The notes under the pieces: model-generated
Databases searched by the model: none
The model's input: the letters and a program-made list of their open reading frames with translations, nothing else
Told to the model about the DNA's origin: nothing
Program-made: the position numbers and the translations under genes
Assembly (NCBI GenBank): GCA_044892525.1
Contig: CM097885.1
Span: forward strand, 16,990,001-17,054,000
Direction of reading: 5' to 3'
Source: Schmidtea polychroa
Taxonomy: Eukaryota
Length of the DNA stretch: 64,000 nucleotides
Shown here: piece after piece, positions 35,756 through 50,289 of the stretch
How positions within the stretch are numbered: the first letter of the stretch is position 1
Layout of the letters: every line of letters starts with the position of its first letter

Positions 35756-38110
35756 CATTATTATTTATTATTATTATTACTATAAATATTTTATATACAA
35801 ATCAAGATTATCAGCAAAACGTATTGAGAAATCACACTTAATTGTTTTTGGGTTAAAATATTTATGATGAGATAGTACAGATCGCCGTGAATTTATTAAC
35901 TTCAAGAAAAAACGATTTCAGACAATTCTATAATCGATAACCTATTAGAATAAAATGAAGGACATTTATGGGTTGACAGAATCAATCAAAAATCAACAGT
36001 TTGTTGCTTGCTATTTTGAAGTGCAAGATTATTTATTTTTCATTGCACTACGTGCAAGAGTTTGTTTTAGTCATTTATTGGATTTCTATTTCAATTTAAA
36101 CTGAAAGAAATCATTCAATTAAGCAAATAATATTAAGAACACATTATTATAATAAACACATTAATTATCAAAAGAAAAAAGAAATATAATAGAAATCATG
36201 TAAATATTGGGCTGAAAACTGAAATATTCACGTTTCTTCTTAACTCCTATTTCCTTTCGGTAGCACTTCAACAGGCAAGGCAGTGTAAATGAACCTGTAA
36301 AAGACTGAGAGGGGAGATTAAGGAACTATAAAAAAAATACTCACTCAAAATGAAGCAGAAGAATGGGAAGGAAACTCAAATAGAAAATAGGAACTAAAAC
36401 AACTCCGAAGAATCGCGGCACGCAGTCAGACATGGCAGACAAAAGCCATGTAATATGAAAGATATCCATCCATCAAGCTAGCCCTGAAAGACCAAGGTAG
36501 ATTAACCCAACAAGCAAGACAGGTAGCGGAACTCAACAGCAAAATCACGACAACGGCTACCAAGGGGTAATCAAGCAACGGAATATGATACTAGCTGGAA
36601 AAAGTAAAAAACTGAAGGACGAGCGGAAAGCGCATCGTACAGCAAACAGCAACAAAGCAGACAGGTTTGGACTTGTTTACGAGCCTATGACCGTACAGTA
36701 CTAAAATCCCAAATCCCAATGCATTTGTAAGCACTTAAATTATTTTAGTAATTATTAGAAATTCTCCGGGACAATATGTCCCTACAGTATTGAAATGATT
36801 AACAACAGGAAATTGCCCACGATAGCAATAATTAACAAATAACAATTCTTAAAAGTAAAGTCAACAAAAACTTTAGTATATAAGCAGACTGATTTCTCAG
36901 TCAAATCACCCTAAAATAAAAGCTTTCAAGAAGAATTGCAAATTCAGAAATTGAAATTACAATATAATTTAGACTCTAAATTTTAGAGCATACCCATTTA
37001 TACATCCGAGCTCAGGAAGCTGCAAGTATTCACATTTTACTGAACCAGTGTTTGTGTTCTTATTTATATAGGAACCATCAAGTTGAGATTTGAGAACCTC
37101 AACATATATAGACATAAATAATTTGTATGGATGGGTTTTTAGCCAAAAAAGGTTGTATAGGTGTATGACAATCTGGGTGACGTCTTGAATGAGTGTATGA
37201 CTGCGGATATTGAAATACTTCCATATGACTATACTATGGAAGTTGATATCAATATTCTTGATTGCTTGCATGATTTTTTGAATGATTTTCCTATTGCCCC
37301 GGAAAAGAAGTTCCCGCCTAATTCGAAAGTTGAGAAACGGGAGGCTTCTCGAGCTTTATATAGAATTAAGGGCAGTTATTAAAAATATACATAGAGCAAT
37401 TAAATTTTCACATGCGAGCTATATAGAGATTTGTACAAATTATTTAATAGTAAATCTGTAGAGAACCTTAAAAACGGATGAATTTGAGGCTATGCAATTC
37501 AGCTGAAAAGATGATTGTATATGCTTAAAAACCGACTTTCAGGAAATCACTCAGAATTGATGAGGACTTGATTGCGGCACATCTGAATAAGGACTCTATA
37601 TGTCTAAACAAACTTAGTTACATCGGTCAATCAGTACTAGATCTGTCTAAACTGAGGATGTACCAGCTACAGTATGTAGAATTAGTCAAGTACAGATCAG
37701 AATTTAAATGTCAAATAAATATTGTTGCCGGTGACACCGACTCCTTTTTTCTTGAGGTTAGGCACTGTAAGCTTGATACTCTTTTGTCGACAATGATAAG
37801 AATCGCCTTTTAGATACTAGTAACTATGATCCCTCTCATCCTTTATATTCCAGGCGACTTGACTCAGTTATAGGTAAGTTTAAGGATGAGAGTAAAGGGG
37901 TAGGATATAGTGAATGGGTTTTCTTGCGCCCTAAGTGTTAGTTTGTTAGGAGATAAGGCAACACTTAGGACTAAAGGAAATTCAGCTTGTTAATACCGAG
38001 ATAGGGCATCAGTATTATTTAGACAGCTATAACATCAGCGTAGCAAATACGGTGCCACAGGAAAGGATAGGTGCCCGCAATCACCAACTCTTTACTTTTA
38101 AAAATAGCAT
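35095..38110 (+). pseudogene. Decayed Polinton PolB related to that of element 2, split by a ~1.7-kb insertion (~35381-37090)
   Basis: LLADYFQQFR, FLNDFPIAPEK, YIGQSVLDLSKLRMYQL, AGDTDSFF, GKFKDESKG fragments with many stops and frameshifts. Confidence 0.88.
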
Positions 38111-40737
38111 TTGTTGGATGACAGAGGAAGAGTTATTGAAAATTTCGAGCTCAGTATTATAGAACAGGAGCTAATAAATATCGAGTAAACATATATACAG
38201 AATGCAGATGAAGAAAATGACAGAAGCAGGCAATTCAACTCAATACCAATGTCAAATCTATTTAATAAACAATTTAGTTTTATTAACTCGTGTTAACTTG
38301 GTATAATTTGTGATATTAATGAACAATTTATTTCATGGATATATTATCAATGTCCTTACCATTTTATTGTAAATAACTTATTGGTGGTTTTATAAATATT
38401 TTTTGTTATGTATTTGTTTTTGAATATATTTATCAGTGAACACTTAATTATAAATATATTTTAAAAAGGGGAGGTTTCTTTTAAAATAAAAATAACTTAA
38501 AATAATAAAACCATAGAATAAAAAACAGCTTGAGCTCAAGCAAATAACAACTTAAGGGAAGCGAATGACAGGTAGTTTTGAACAGTGCAAATAACAGATG
38601 GAAAGAAGTAAATAATAAATAATTTTTCTGTAATTTCCTTCCAACAATAATTGAAATAAATAAGGAAACATGTTTGTATTATAATACAAAAACATATTTA
38701 ACAATAATGCAGTAATTTAAAGCATAAATTTATTTGTGTAATAAAAACATTTCTTTTTATTTACATAAAAACATGACAATAATAATAACGGCAAAATGAT
38801 TGAATTTTAACATAATAAGAAATCAATTAAATAAATTAATACAACGATATAGTTAATGCATTAAATAAATAAAATTTTCATATGTAAACGCGCATGAAAA
38901 ATAGTATAAAATATCGACCTAAAATCAGTAGTGGTCGCCCAAAAATTTTTACCACTACAATAAACTAAAAAGGGAAAATCCTTATTAGTTTTTAAATTAG
39001 AACAGAACACAAAAGAAACGTTCAAACTTCACAAGCAACACAACACGCATATAACATATTGTAATGACAGTTATATTTTACATTTTCTAACAAGGGTTTA
39101 CAACGTTCAGTTATCTCGTTTGGCGTATGTCGCCTTTTAAAATGGTTAAGAAACCATTGGTGGGTTACAGGTAGTCAAACTTCTTACCTTTAGTCTTGCT
39201 TTTAAATCCTAATGTATTATTTAAAGCTTCGACTATGTTGTAGCCTAAAAGATTGGTCAAATGGTAAATTATATTACAAATAAATCGTAATTTATGTTAG
39301 AAATTAAATTACTTTTATAGATCAAATTGAAAATTTAATGGATTCACGCCATAAATTTATTTAAACTATATTTTATATTAAAATTCAAATTATACTTAAT
39401 TGGTAGAGAATTTAGACATTTAATGGTAGTTAAATAAAGGATTTATCAAAATCATATTTTATATTAGAAATCAAATTGTATTTAAGCGGTAGGACAGATT
39501 AGACATTTAATGATGATTACAGTATGAAGTTAATAAAATCACGCCATGGTAACCTTTGTGTTACTATACTAATAGTGTTTTTATTAAGAATTTTATTAAG
39601 AAAGAAGACATTTGGCGATGAAGATAGCCGCAAAAGAGCAGGAAAACACGGCTATGGAGGAAATGATCCTGCGACAATCTGGAAGGATCGTAGAGTTGGT
39701 CAACAAAGTAACGGAACTGGAAAGAAATAATAGTGGCTGTAATGTATAGTTATTTTTTTATATTTCAGCGTTCACAATTAGGAATTGTGAATATTATAAT
39801 ATAAATTGCCACCATCTGGGAAATCCAGATTTTCAAAAAAACTATATAGCGATAATTTACTATGGTAAATTATCGCTATAGAAAATTGAAAAAATAAAAA
39901 AAATCGATAGGAAATTAAATAACAGTGATTATTACAAAGAACGAAATTAACGAAGAAGATTAATTAAAAGAAGATAAAGTTAAATAAATCTATTCTTAAA
40001 TTTAATACTGTTTCAAAGAAATCGCTATCCTAAAGTCTGTGATTTTTACGGAGAACGAAATCAACGAAAGACATTAAAAGAGGATAAAGTTAACCAAGTC
40101 TATTCCTTAAACTTAATCCTAAAAGGATCGTAAAAGAATAACTAAACTAAATATTAAAAGAAGATTAACAAGAAATAATCGGTGGTAAAGTATTCAAAAG
40201 AAAATTTGAACGCCAAACTAACGCGTGGTAAATATTAAAGCGAAAATCAGAGTGAAGCTAAAGTTAGTGGAAATATTAAAAAGAAAACCATAAAGAAACA
40301 GACGACAACGAAACATCAAAAGAAAATTTGAGAGCCGAAAATTTTAATTCTGTGCAGTCCGATTTTCTGAAGTATTATTTATTTTTGTTAAATAAAGTTG
40401 TAATTTAATTTAATCGTTATTGTGTATTTATTATTATCTTACAAACAAACTCAGCACGCACCCCGATTGTCCCGCCACAAGTTTTAACGGAGACTCTTTC
40501 GGGTGCTTCAAATTTCTTGACAATAACAACAATTTCATTCCACACACAAATATAATAAGAACATTCTATTCCATTAATTTTGAAAAACAAAAATCAACAA
40601 TTAACTAAACGGTAATTATTATTATTTATTTATATAACTAGTCGGTGGGACGGTATCCTTTGGGTACCCCATCTCAACCCTAGTGTTAAAATTAAATTAA
40701 CTTCAAATTTTAATTATATAACTATTGTAGAAAAAAA

Positions 40738-42207
40738 ATGGAACAAATACAATTGGCAAGGTCGACCTACGACAGCTACATCAAAATGAAGAACAATCAT
40801 GCCGGACAAAAAGTATACCGGATCAATGACAATCTCCAAATCCCAAATTATTTAAGAATTGATGAGCGAAAAATGAAGATCCAAATGTTTACGATCATGA
40901 GGATGTCAAAATTGCGATTAGCAGAAGAAGTCGAGATGTCAAGGAAAGAAGAATATCACCTACATGTGATCAAGGGTACAATTGAAGTACTGACGAATGA
41001 CAACAAAGTGTGTTGGGAACTTAAAAAATTTACGTCGTGGAAGCTGCAGAGAGACTTCATGTGGAGAATGTTACGAGCAGCGAATGAAGAAACAACCATG
41101 GTAGTGGAAATCAGAATCGAAAATGAAGCAAACGAAGTTCCGCAGATGCAGCCAAGTGCGAGAGAAGATCCAATGTTAATGAAAATTTCGAAAGAAATGT
41201 TGAAAAGGAAAATGTCGTTTCTCAGAAAGGAAATGGAATTGGAAGAAATCCGCAACAGAATATTGTTTATTGATGCAGAATATGGCACGTCTGAACAAGG
41301 AAAAATGGTCCCTCTAGCACTAGCGATTATGAATTATTATGGGAAATTAATAAAGAATATATACTTGACTCCAAGGGGAAAAATTCGGCATTTTAATTCA
41401 AGGATCCACGGAATCACAGAAGTAGCTAGCAGGAATCAATGCGATCAATATGTGGTAACAAAGGACATCCAACAATTGACAGTTGGCAAGATACTAGTGG
41501 GCCATGATTTACATGCAGAATTGCAATATTTGGGAATATGGGTTGAGCAATTATATGGCATTCGTGATTTGGCAGCGGCACCAGTACTCCAGAACAGGTG
41601 AATAACCAGGAAAGGAGAATGGTTCAAATTACAAACCGTAGTGAGAGAAATATCTGGAGAAGAAACACAAATCGGTGTGCATTCGGCTCTAGAGGATGTG
41701 AAGAGCATTCGCAAGGTATATCAGCGAGTGGAAAATCAATGGATTGATGATATACCAATGCCCAAAAACCTACCATCAAAGAAATATTCGTTGGAGGAAT
41801 ATAAAAAACTTCGAGAGGTACCATCAGCATCAACTGCAATAGCGGAGAAAGTGACACAAATTCTGGTTGACGATGTAATGGAAGCAGAACAAATTGACTT
41901 GACAAGCGAGGAGAATGTGGAGATGGAGACTGAAGATCCATTAATTCCATTAAAGTGAGCCACCGAATCGTCTTTGGAAATTTCACAAGAATGTGTTTCA
42001 GTAATGATAAGTGTTTCGATGGTAAGAATTCGCCCAACACTTGAGTATGGTCCAATGCCCGAATGTCGACAAGCGAGTAAAAGGAAAAACATTTCAAATA
42101 TTGATGTTGGGGAGACTGTAACCATCGATGGGGTAATCTATGAACGGGAAGAAACAATAATACGGTATCGGCATGGAAACAAACAATTGGAAATAAAAAT
42201 GAACTAA
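40738..42207 (+). pseudogene. DEDDh 3'-5' exonuclease (REXO4/ISG20-like) reading frame with two in-frame TGA codons
   Basis: ILFIDAEYG, IHGIT, ILVGHDL, IRDLA, HSALEDV motifs. ORFs at 40738, 41641 and 41974 share one frame. AATAAA near 42234. Confidence 0.8.
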
Positions 42208-42805
42208 ATTAATATATATATAATATTTATAAAAATAAATAATGTTGAACTCGCGTTGTCTCATTTATTAATTGGTAGCTCATCAGTCAAATCCCAAATA
42301 ATTAAAGGGAAACATGTATAAATAATAAATAAAACTTTTAATAACAACATACACATTCCCAATTGTCGGAGTTTGGCTACCCTGGACAACAATTGGAAAT
42401 GTGTAGTTGTCAGTAGTCATTGATTTTTCCATTGAAACCGTTTATGAATAAATGGAACTATATTTTTATCTAAATCTATATTTGTTTATAAGTTTCCCTA
42501 TGAATCACGGTGTCTCTATATCTATATTTATTTATCTATAACTATTTATCTATACCTATGCATAAAATTTTGAGAATAATAAATATACATGATCCATTGT
42601 TATAAATTTAATATCACTGCCAAAATATTATGAATTATATATCGTATTTGAACCATAAATTGAATTCAAATAATTTAACAATTTTTCTATTTTATTATAA
42701 CAAATAACATGCAAAAAAAAACAAATAGATTAAAAAAGACAAATAATAATTATTTCATTTTTTTATTCACATCAACAATATACTAGTAATTCCTGATAAT
42801 ATTTC

Positions 42806-42837
<32 letters not shown>

Positions 42838-43063
42838 GTATTATCATTATTATTTAATTAAAAAAAAAATTCTACTTTATCCCCATGATGATTATAATAA
42901 TTACTTTCTCACATTAAATCATTTACCGTTGCAAATAGCATAAACATTTCATTAAAAAATGAAAATTAAAAAGTTGTTAATTAAAAAATTAATTAAATAG
43001 TAATTCAAATAAAATTTTCAACGCTAACATTATTCAATTAGCCAAAACAATAATTTCACTTAC

Positions 43064-43147
43064 TTTTTATAAGCCTTTTTCAAATCATCTTCTGACGCTT
43101 CTTTATCGACACCTAATATCTCATAAAAATCCTTCTTCAATTCAATA
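43064..43147 (-). pseudogene. DnaJ J-domain N-terminal exon (DNAJB12/14-like), probably a gene fragment
   Basis: Translates KKDFYEILGVDKEASEDDLKKAYK followed by a GTAAGT donor. The acceptor looks damaged and no HPD exon was found. Confidence 0.65.
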
Positions 43148-44182
43148 TAGAAAGTTAAATTTATCATCAAAACTTTAGTTTATTTTAAAAATGATTACAA
43201 ATTAGGTATAAGACGAATTTAGGTATATTTTCTTTAACATTGCTGAATTGATATCAATATAACCTAATTTAAATAAATAATTAAACCGTATTGAAATATT
43301 TCGACCTAAAATAAATTCTAATCACTTCAATATATCACAGCTAATAACCACATTAACAATGCAAGGTATTCGATAAATTTAAAAAAAAATTGTTTTCTTT
43401 AGAATTTAATTCAAAATGAAATGGATTTGTTTTCAACCCGTTTCTTCAAGTTTTCTGCATTTCTTTACAACTGAAATTCACAAAGTTCATTTGTATTATT
43501 GACCCTGTTTCTGAATCCTGAATTCGGAGTGTTGAAAAATAATTTTTCAACAGATAAAAAAGTTAATTATTTATGTTACTAACGGTTAATTTAAATTAAT
43601 CATAAATGAATCACATAAAATTATATGAATTAAATAATTACCCGATTTACAATCATTAGAAGTAACAGCAAAATTATCGAAATTAAATGAATTTATGCTT
43701 TATCAAAAATTAAATAGGAATAGCAAAATTTAAATTGATTACGTTTGAACTTGAAATCCCGTTGTTTCGTTGGGAGTTTGTGTGGAATTAAAAGATAATA
43801 AATTACTTTATATAAAAAAAATCTCTTACCCATTAGAGGGAAAGCAGCCAATCAGAAGCCATTTAATGCATTGGCTAGAATCTGAGAGGCAATTTCGGTT
43901 TCGCCGTCAATTTTCTTTCGTCCTAATAATATTAAATTATAGACTAAATCGAATTATCTAAGATAGTCGATTGGAAAGTCTTACTTGAATAACTGAGCGC
44001 TCGTTTTCATGGAATTTCTGAGAATTCCTTCTAAGCAAAATCCAATTAGGTCAGCTCAATTATTGAAACTTCTCTGAGAATCTTCATTTATGTGGATTGG
44101 AATATGATTGAGCGCTCGTTTCATGGAATTCCTTCTAAACAAAATTCAATTATTGAAATTTCTCTAATAAGTGAATTATTGC

Positions 44183-44250
<68 letters not shown>

Positions 44251-44319
44251 TATATTATTATTATTGTTAAAATCTCAAACTAAAAAATTAAATTAGGGAA
44301 AATAGATTCTCCCAATTGA

Positions 44320-44356
<37 letters not shown>

Positions 44357-44645
44357 ATTATTATTTTCCTCATTGATATTATTATTATTGTTATTATTAT
44401 TAGTATTGTGGTTAAGTAGTCTAATATTGCTGCAAATTTTCCATTAAATAATTTTTCATTACCTAATACAAAAATTTTAAATTTCCAGGAAATTTGCAAG
44501 CCATATTCGTGATAGAAAGGATGATATGAAATTTTTGGCGTACATCTATTTGATAAGATGTAATTGTTATTATTATTAATATTTATTATTATTGTGATTA
44601 TTATTATTATTATAATTATTATTTTCCTCATTGATATTATTATTA

Positions 44646-44677
<32 letters not shown>

Positions 44678-44768
44678 GTGATTATTATTATTGTTGTTAC
44701 AGTATGGTAAATTAGACTTATTATACACATGCAGATTCGAGGTCGAATCTAAATTAAAGGGGGAGATA

Positions 44769-45616
44769 TGTTGGGGTTCAACAAGAGAGGCACAAAAATG
44801 AGGTGAAAAATTGACAAAAACATCAAATTCACAAATAAAATTTAAAGTACAAAATATTAATTAAAAATCAAAAATTTTAGAAAAAATTAATATTTTCTGG
44901 GGGAAACTGGTATGGGCGGATGCTAAATAATGAGACGAGTTCAGCTATAATAAAATAAAATCAATGGGGGCCCCTAAAAGGAATAAATTACAAAAAACGA
45001 AAATTAATTAAAAATTAATTAACTAATGGAAAACCCGAGCTAATGGAGAACCCGAGCTAATGGGAAACCCGATACAATGGAAAACCCGAGCGAATTGATA
45101 AATCCAATTTTGGGAAGGCAATTAATTTAGTCGGGTAAAAAGTAATAAGCGCCGTCAAAGAAAATGAGCCAATTCCCTATAATTGAATTATACCTCCAAG
45201 AGGAAACCCGGGGGGAAATAATACCAAAAATAATTGGCAAAAATAAAGTCAATTACCAAACGAGTATAAAAGCAACTGGCAAGAAAACAAAATGCCAGTG
45301 GGTCGAAGAAAAGAAAATAGAAGTTTGACGAGAGCGAAAAAGGAAATATTAAAGTTAGTAGAAATCAAACCATTTAAAAATCGAACGTACCAGAAAGGGA
45401 CATCTCCCGTTGGAAGATCTACCCCTGCGTGAGATTTGTTGGCAAATTGAAAAGAGCAGACAAAACCTGATTGTATCAAGTGTGAGTAAACTAATACAAG
45501 TGTAAAAGTGTAACTGCATCAGTGTCAATAAAGATTTTGTGTTGGGTTATTTATTTATTTGGAAAAGAACACAAAGGAGTCAGACCGTAGTACCGACTTA
45601 CATTAAAAACCCAACA
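44769..45616 (+). mobile_element. Unrelated ~850-bp solo-LTR-like sequence
   Basis: TGTTGGGGTT...AACCCAACA termini, internal short tandem repeats, AATAAA near 45527. Flanks (GATA/AAAG) do not match. Confidence 0.6.
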
Positions 45617-48610
45617 AAAGTAACAGCCATATAGTGATTGAAGGAGTAGATGTATTAATCAAATGAAATGAAGAGTATTTGAGAGTTCACACAGTGATTG
45701 AGGGTGTCACACTATTAAATCGTCGGACCGTCTTTGCTAAGCTTGGAGTATCTCTATTATCTGGAAAAATCCAAACAATGGTTTATTGAATTCGTCTGAA
45801 AATTAGTGTCATCTTATAGGATATATTATCTGAGGGCATAATGATTGTGGCATAATTGCGAAAGGTACGATAGTCTATGCAAATGAGCAAATTCCAATCT
45901 TGGTATAGCATAGCGAGTAGTCGAATGTCAGCATTTTTTTTGAGTTGTTTTCCAGAGATCGTCGAGATATTCGGTAAAATCCCAGTCGATGTTGATGACG
46001 ATGATGAAATTCCATAATGAAAGCTGGCAACAGCATAGATCGGAAGTTTCCGTAACTAATCATACGGTGAGAATCATGCGACATATGGAATAACGAAATA
46101 TCTGTGAAACTAACATCAATTAGATAAAATCACAATATTCAGTTTCGATAATAGATCGACAGCATCAAAGTTCACGTTAGATAAGACAAAGGAGAATGCA
46201 TGCAGCACTAGTAAATCCACTCATGCACTAGGCAACTTTCGCCATGACTGTCACAAGCACACACACCGATTCATAACGAGCTAATCGACATACGAGTATA
46301 CCAGTAGCCAAGGCATAGCACTAATGATTTATTGGTAGATGAGTTCACACACACCACAAACATAGCGACCGTTATCGGCAAAGATCAAGCCGCTAAAAAT
46401 TCCTTCACTCACAATTTCATGTTATCTTGAGCAGGTAAAGCCCAACGTGAGTGAGAACAAACCTGATAGATTGGATCAGTGAACTTTAGATCCAAAACAC
46501 TAGTCGGATGATTTTTGGTTACTCCAATATTTAATGCCTTTAGTCGAGTCAAATTTTCATCTAACCCGTCTGGTTGATTGAATCGTTGTTTTTCGTTGCA
46601 TTAAATTAATAATAGTAATCGGCTAACTTATAATGTAATATTAAATTAATAGTTTAATGTAAATATATCTCGCTGATCTAACCATTTTACTAAACCAACT
46701 TTAACTTAATCTCAATCGTTTAATAATTCTATTTGGGTTTATCTCATTTACTTCATAATTTCGTTAAATGGGCGTTTTAAGTAACCATATAAATTTCAAA
46801 TCAATGATGATAAGCAATCCACCAAAATTTCGATTAGATGTTATAACGTTTTTTATTGCCAGAACATTATTGTCTTATTACTATTAGATTACTATTATTA
46901 ATATTATTACACATTATAAACCCTCAAACAACCAAGTATAAAAACTGTCAAGTGGGGAAAAGGGAGAAGAGTCTTGGGGGTAGCTAGCGCCGATATCGCG
47001 TAATTATCAATCTAAAAATGAAATCTAGTATTTGTAGTAAATTCTTAGAGTTAGTAAATGCACTCAATTGAAAGAATAAAAATCTCCCAGTTAATTCATT
47101 TGCATTCAAGTCACCTGTATTCAGCATTAGTTAAATTTTGTAAATCATGTATAGGGTAGAAACGAGTCGACATCTTAACAATTCCTTTACCATCTAATCT
47201 GTTCTTCTTTTTCTTTTGAATATCCAAGGTAGTAACTGAGTAGTGGCACCAAATGTATGACATTTCGAATATCATATCTTAATCTCACCTTTATAGCTAG
47301 CCAACATGATGCCAATTGCCAAGCCCGTTTTACGTCCCTGCTTCTCCTGCTCGGACAAAAATGCAATTATCAAGGACCTGCAGACCCAGATTGGGCGATA
47401 TAAAAGGAAAATAGATGAGTTGGAGGGCACATGGTTTAGCCCCACTCAAATGAAAGAAATACAGAAGAAGCTATACCGTAGCGAACACTGCCGGGACGCT
47501 CTAATCTCTTAGAGCCGCTCACAAAGGAACTTGATAAAAAAACAATCCGAAGCGCTACACAAAGTGTATCTGCAGGCGTCAACCACGCGAAAGATAGTCA
47601 GTATCCCCATCAATGAGGCCGACAATCTCTTTCCGGCACACCACGACACCTCTTCTAAGTCGTCGCCTCTTTCAAGAAGTCCTGCAGAGAGTGCGTAGAG
47701 ACCCAGCTCTCGCCCAAACAACCAGACATTATTTTCGTTGGAACGAGCAAAGCGCCACCTGCGATCGCTTCTACATCCACAGTACCTCCAACTAATCCAA
47801 CGACATCGAAGCCAAAGCGTCGGCAATTATCAAGAGCCGAACGTAAAAGGAAGCAGCGGGAACGAATAACCGCCAAACAGAATACACAACCGACGGAACT
47901 TCTAAGTGAAGTCAGCGCCCATTCGGTAGCAATAGGTCCGACATCAGGAATCTCAGGGCGAATTATCTCCGCCGCTGGAGTAACTTGGGAGGAAAACGCC
48001 TCCGAGTTTTTCGATTTAGATGAGTTACTAGCGGATATGGAGTGGGAGAAATAAGAATGCTCCCGTGAATTGACCCTATCGTCCGGAACATTGTCGAACC
48101 GAGTTTATCGTGTCTTTCTTTCCTTGTTTTTCTCTCATCCCGATATCTCTGTTGTATGTAAATCATCGGTGTTTTATATGTTTAATGTTACAATAAACAA
48201 TTTTATGTCTTTACATCATTTTCGTTTGTGAGGAATTCAGTATGACTGTAATAAATAGAGTTGAGTGTTCTCGAAATTCAAGGAGTATCAGTCAGTTTGC
48301 ACATAAACCAGAGGTAGTGGAGTGGATTGATAATTCGAATAGACGTAAGTCCTTCTATCGGCAGTCAAGAGATGGAAGTCGAGGCCTCAGTAAGGAGTAG
48401 TCCTAAGGTAAGGGCTCACCTGCTTACTGGCGCCTCGCCGGCATAGTACAGTTCCAACGTGGAGGAATTCACGGGTACTATGTTGGAGTATAGGTTATGT
48501 GTGGGCTCTGCTCGGGATTGACAAAGTAATGACGAGCATAATCGGAATGGGCATTCATCTCCTAGGCCAAAAGTTGAACTAATGGTGGTCAACCGAGTAG
48601 TGCCCCAGCA
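45617..48610 (+). mobile_element. Giant solo-LTR-like element, copy C (5'-truncated)
   Basis: Homology to copy B starts just after structure A; carries the ORF and structure B; ends CCCCAGCA. Confidence 0.85.
47306..48054 (+). pseudogene. LTR-encoded unknown protein, copy C (TAG at 47510, frameshift near 47665)
   Basis: RPCFSCSDKN...GTWFSP...; KPKRRQLSRAERKRKQRER...FDLDELLADMEWEK. Confidence 0.8.
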
Positions 48611-50289
48611 TTACAAAACGCATAAGACGAATAAAAATATCATATTATCTTAATAAATATTATCCAATAAGATATTATTTTATTTTTTGTAACAATGTAC
48701 CCAAGACGTATATATACGCTAGCGGATAACAATACTCGCCACTGAGGAGCGCATTTCGATTGACGAAATAAACCACTTAAGAGGTTAAATTCAAAATCTA
48801 TTGTTTCACTACTATTTCACTTTGAAAAAGATTTACATGACGATGTATTTTTTAAAGCCAGAGCATCAGAAGTAAATTTTTGGGAGTATTTTTGTCGAGA
48901 GAAGTATTCAAACAAAAAAATGTAATGAATATATCCGTTTGTTTTGGATCCACTTATTTATGTTGATCCGCCCTTTATTATTTAAACCATACAAAAACGA
49001 ACCATCGTTCCTGTCTTACAGACTTGTACAAAACAGATTCATTAAGACTCATTGTCAAATTACACTCATGTATTTGAGAAATTGGAACAGGTTATGATTA
49101 CACAAGTATCACATTAGAATAATAGTTTTTATTCTTTCTATTTCTTTTCCCTTTCTTATCATTAAAAATTTAATTGAGTTTATTTTGTTTTTAATTTTTT
49201 ATATTAATTTAATGGTTTTTTAATTAAAATTTATTACATTTGAAGTTTTTTCTGTAAATCAATTATTTTATTTTATAATGCCAAAGTCGATGGCAAATTA
49301 AAATAAGTTTGGCAACCCTGTTATAAAATATATATTAAACGATGAATTGTGCAAATTAGCTTAATAAAAATTTAATTTAATGTTTTTTATTGGTTCGTTC
49401 TTATATTAAATGACTTATGAAATCAAAGAAATAAAATTATTCAAAAGCTTCTGAAGCTATAACCTCCTTTGAAGTAACCTCTCACGGACAGAATTTCTAG
49501 TGCAGTAGTATATTGGAATTAGCTAGGAACCAAAAGTTACAAATTTGTAAAAACACCACTGCAGACAAAAAAAATCTATTTTTCTATAATAGACCTTATT
49601 TGATGTATTTATTCTGCCTATAATTGGTGAGCTTCGACAAAGCAGTATAAAATTACAATTCTTCGCGCGAGACATGAAATAAGTGTTATAATAATGAATA
49701 TATTAAAAATGATAAATTATAATAATTAAATACAATTTAATAAATAAATTATTTTTTCATCTAAAATATATTATTATAGTATTTCCTAAAGTGACAATTG
49801 ATAAACTTACTTTAAAAATTTACTATTGAGGCCGATTTTCATTAATCTGAAAATAATTTCATCTTCAGAGCTTAAATTCAGAAAACCATTTACTAAAAAT
49901 TCTCGCAATTCAAATTTGACTAATAAAATTAACAATTTAATCATTACCTAAAATTTAATTTTTGATGCAATATATGTAATGGCGGCATTAATGCCTTAAA
50001 TTATTTAAATTCTTACCTGTAGCAATAAATTTAGGTCATATAGTAAATATTAAAATGAAAAAAAATCCGTGTAGTAAAACAAATATGTAAATTAAATTTT
50101 TCTTTCTAAATTGAAACATCATTTAAAAATTAGTTATTTTAATATAAAATATGTATTATTTTGACTTTAAATTTTTCAATATCATACAATCCATTTAATA
50201 TAATAATTACATTTAGTATATTAAAATTAAATTTAGAAATAATATATATAAAAATTGACATTTTATTTTAAACATTTATATTAAAACTC

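Noticed and set aside
36290..37000. Possible LTR fragment within the insertion in the PolB relic
   Set aside because: A TATA-like motif is present, but no termini or TSD could be defined.
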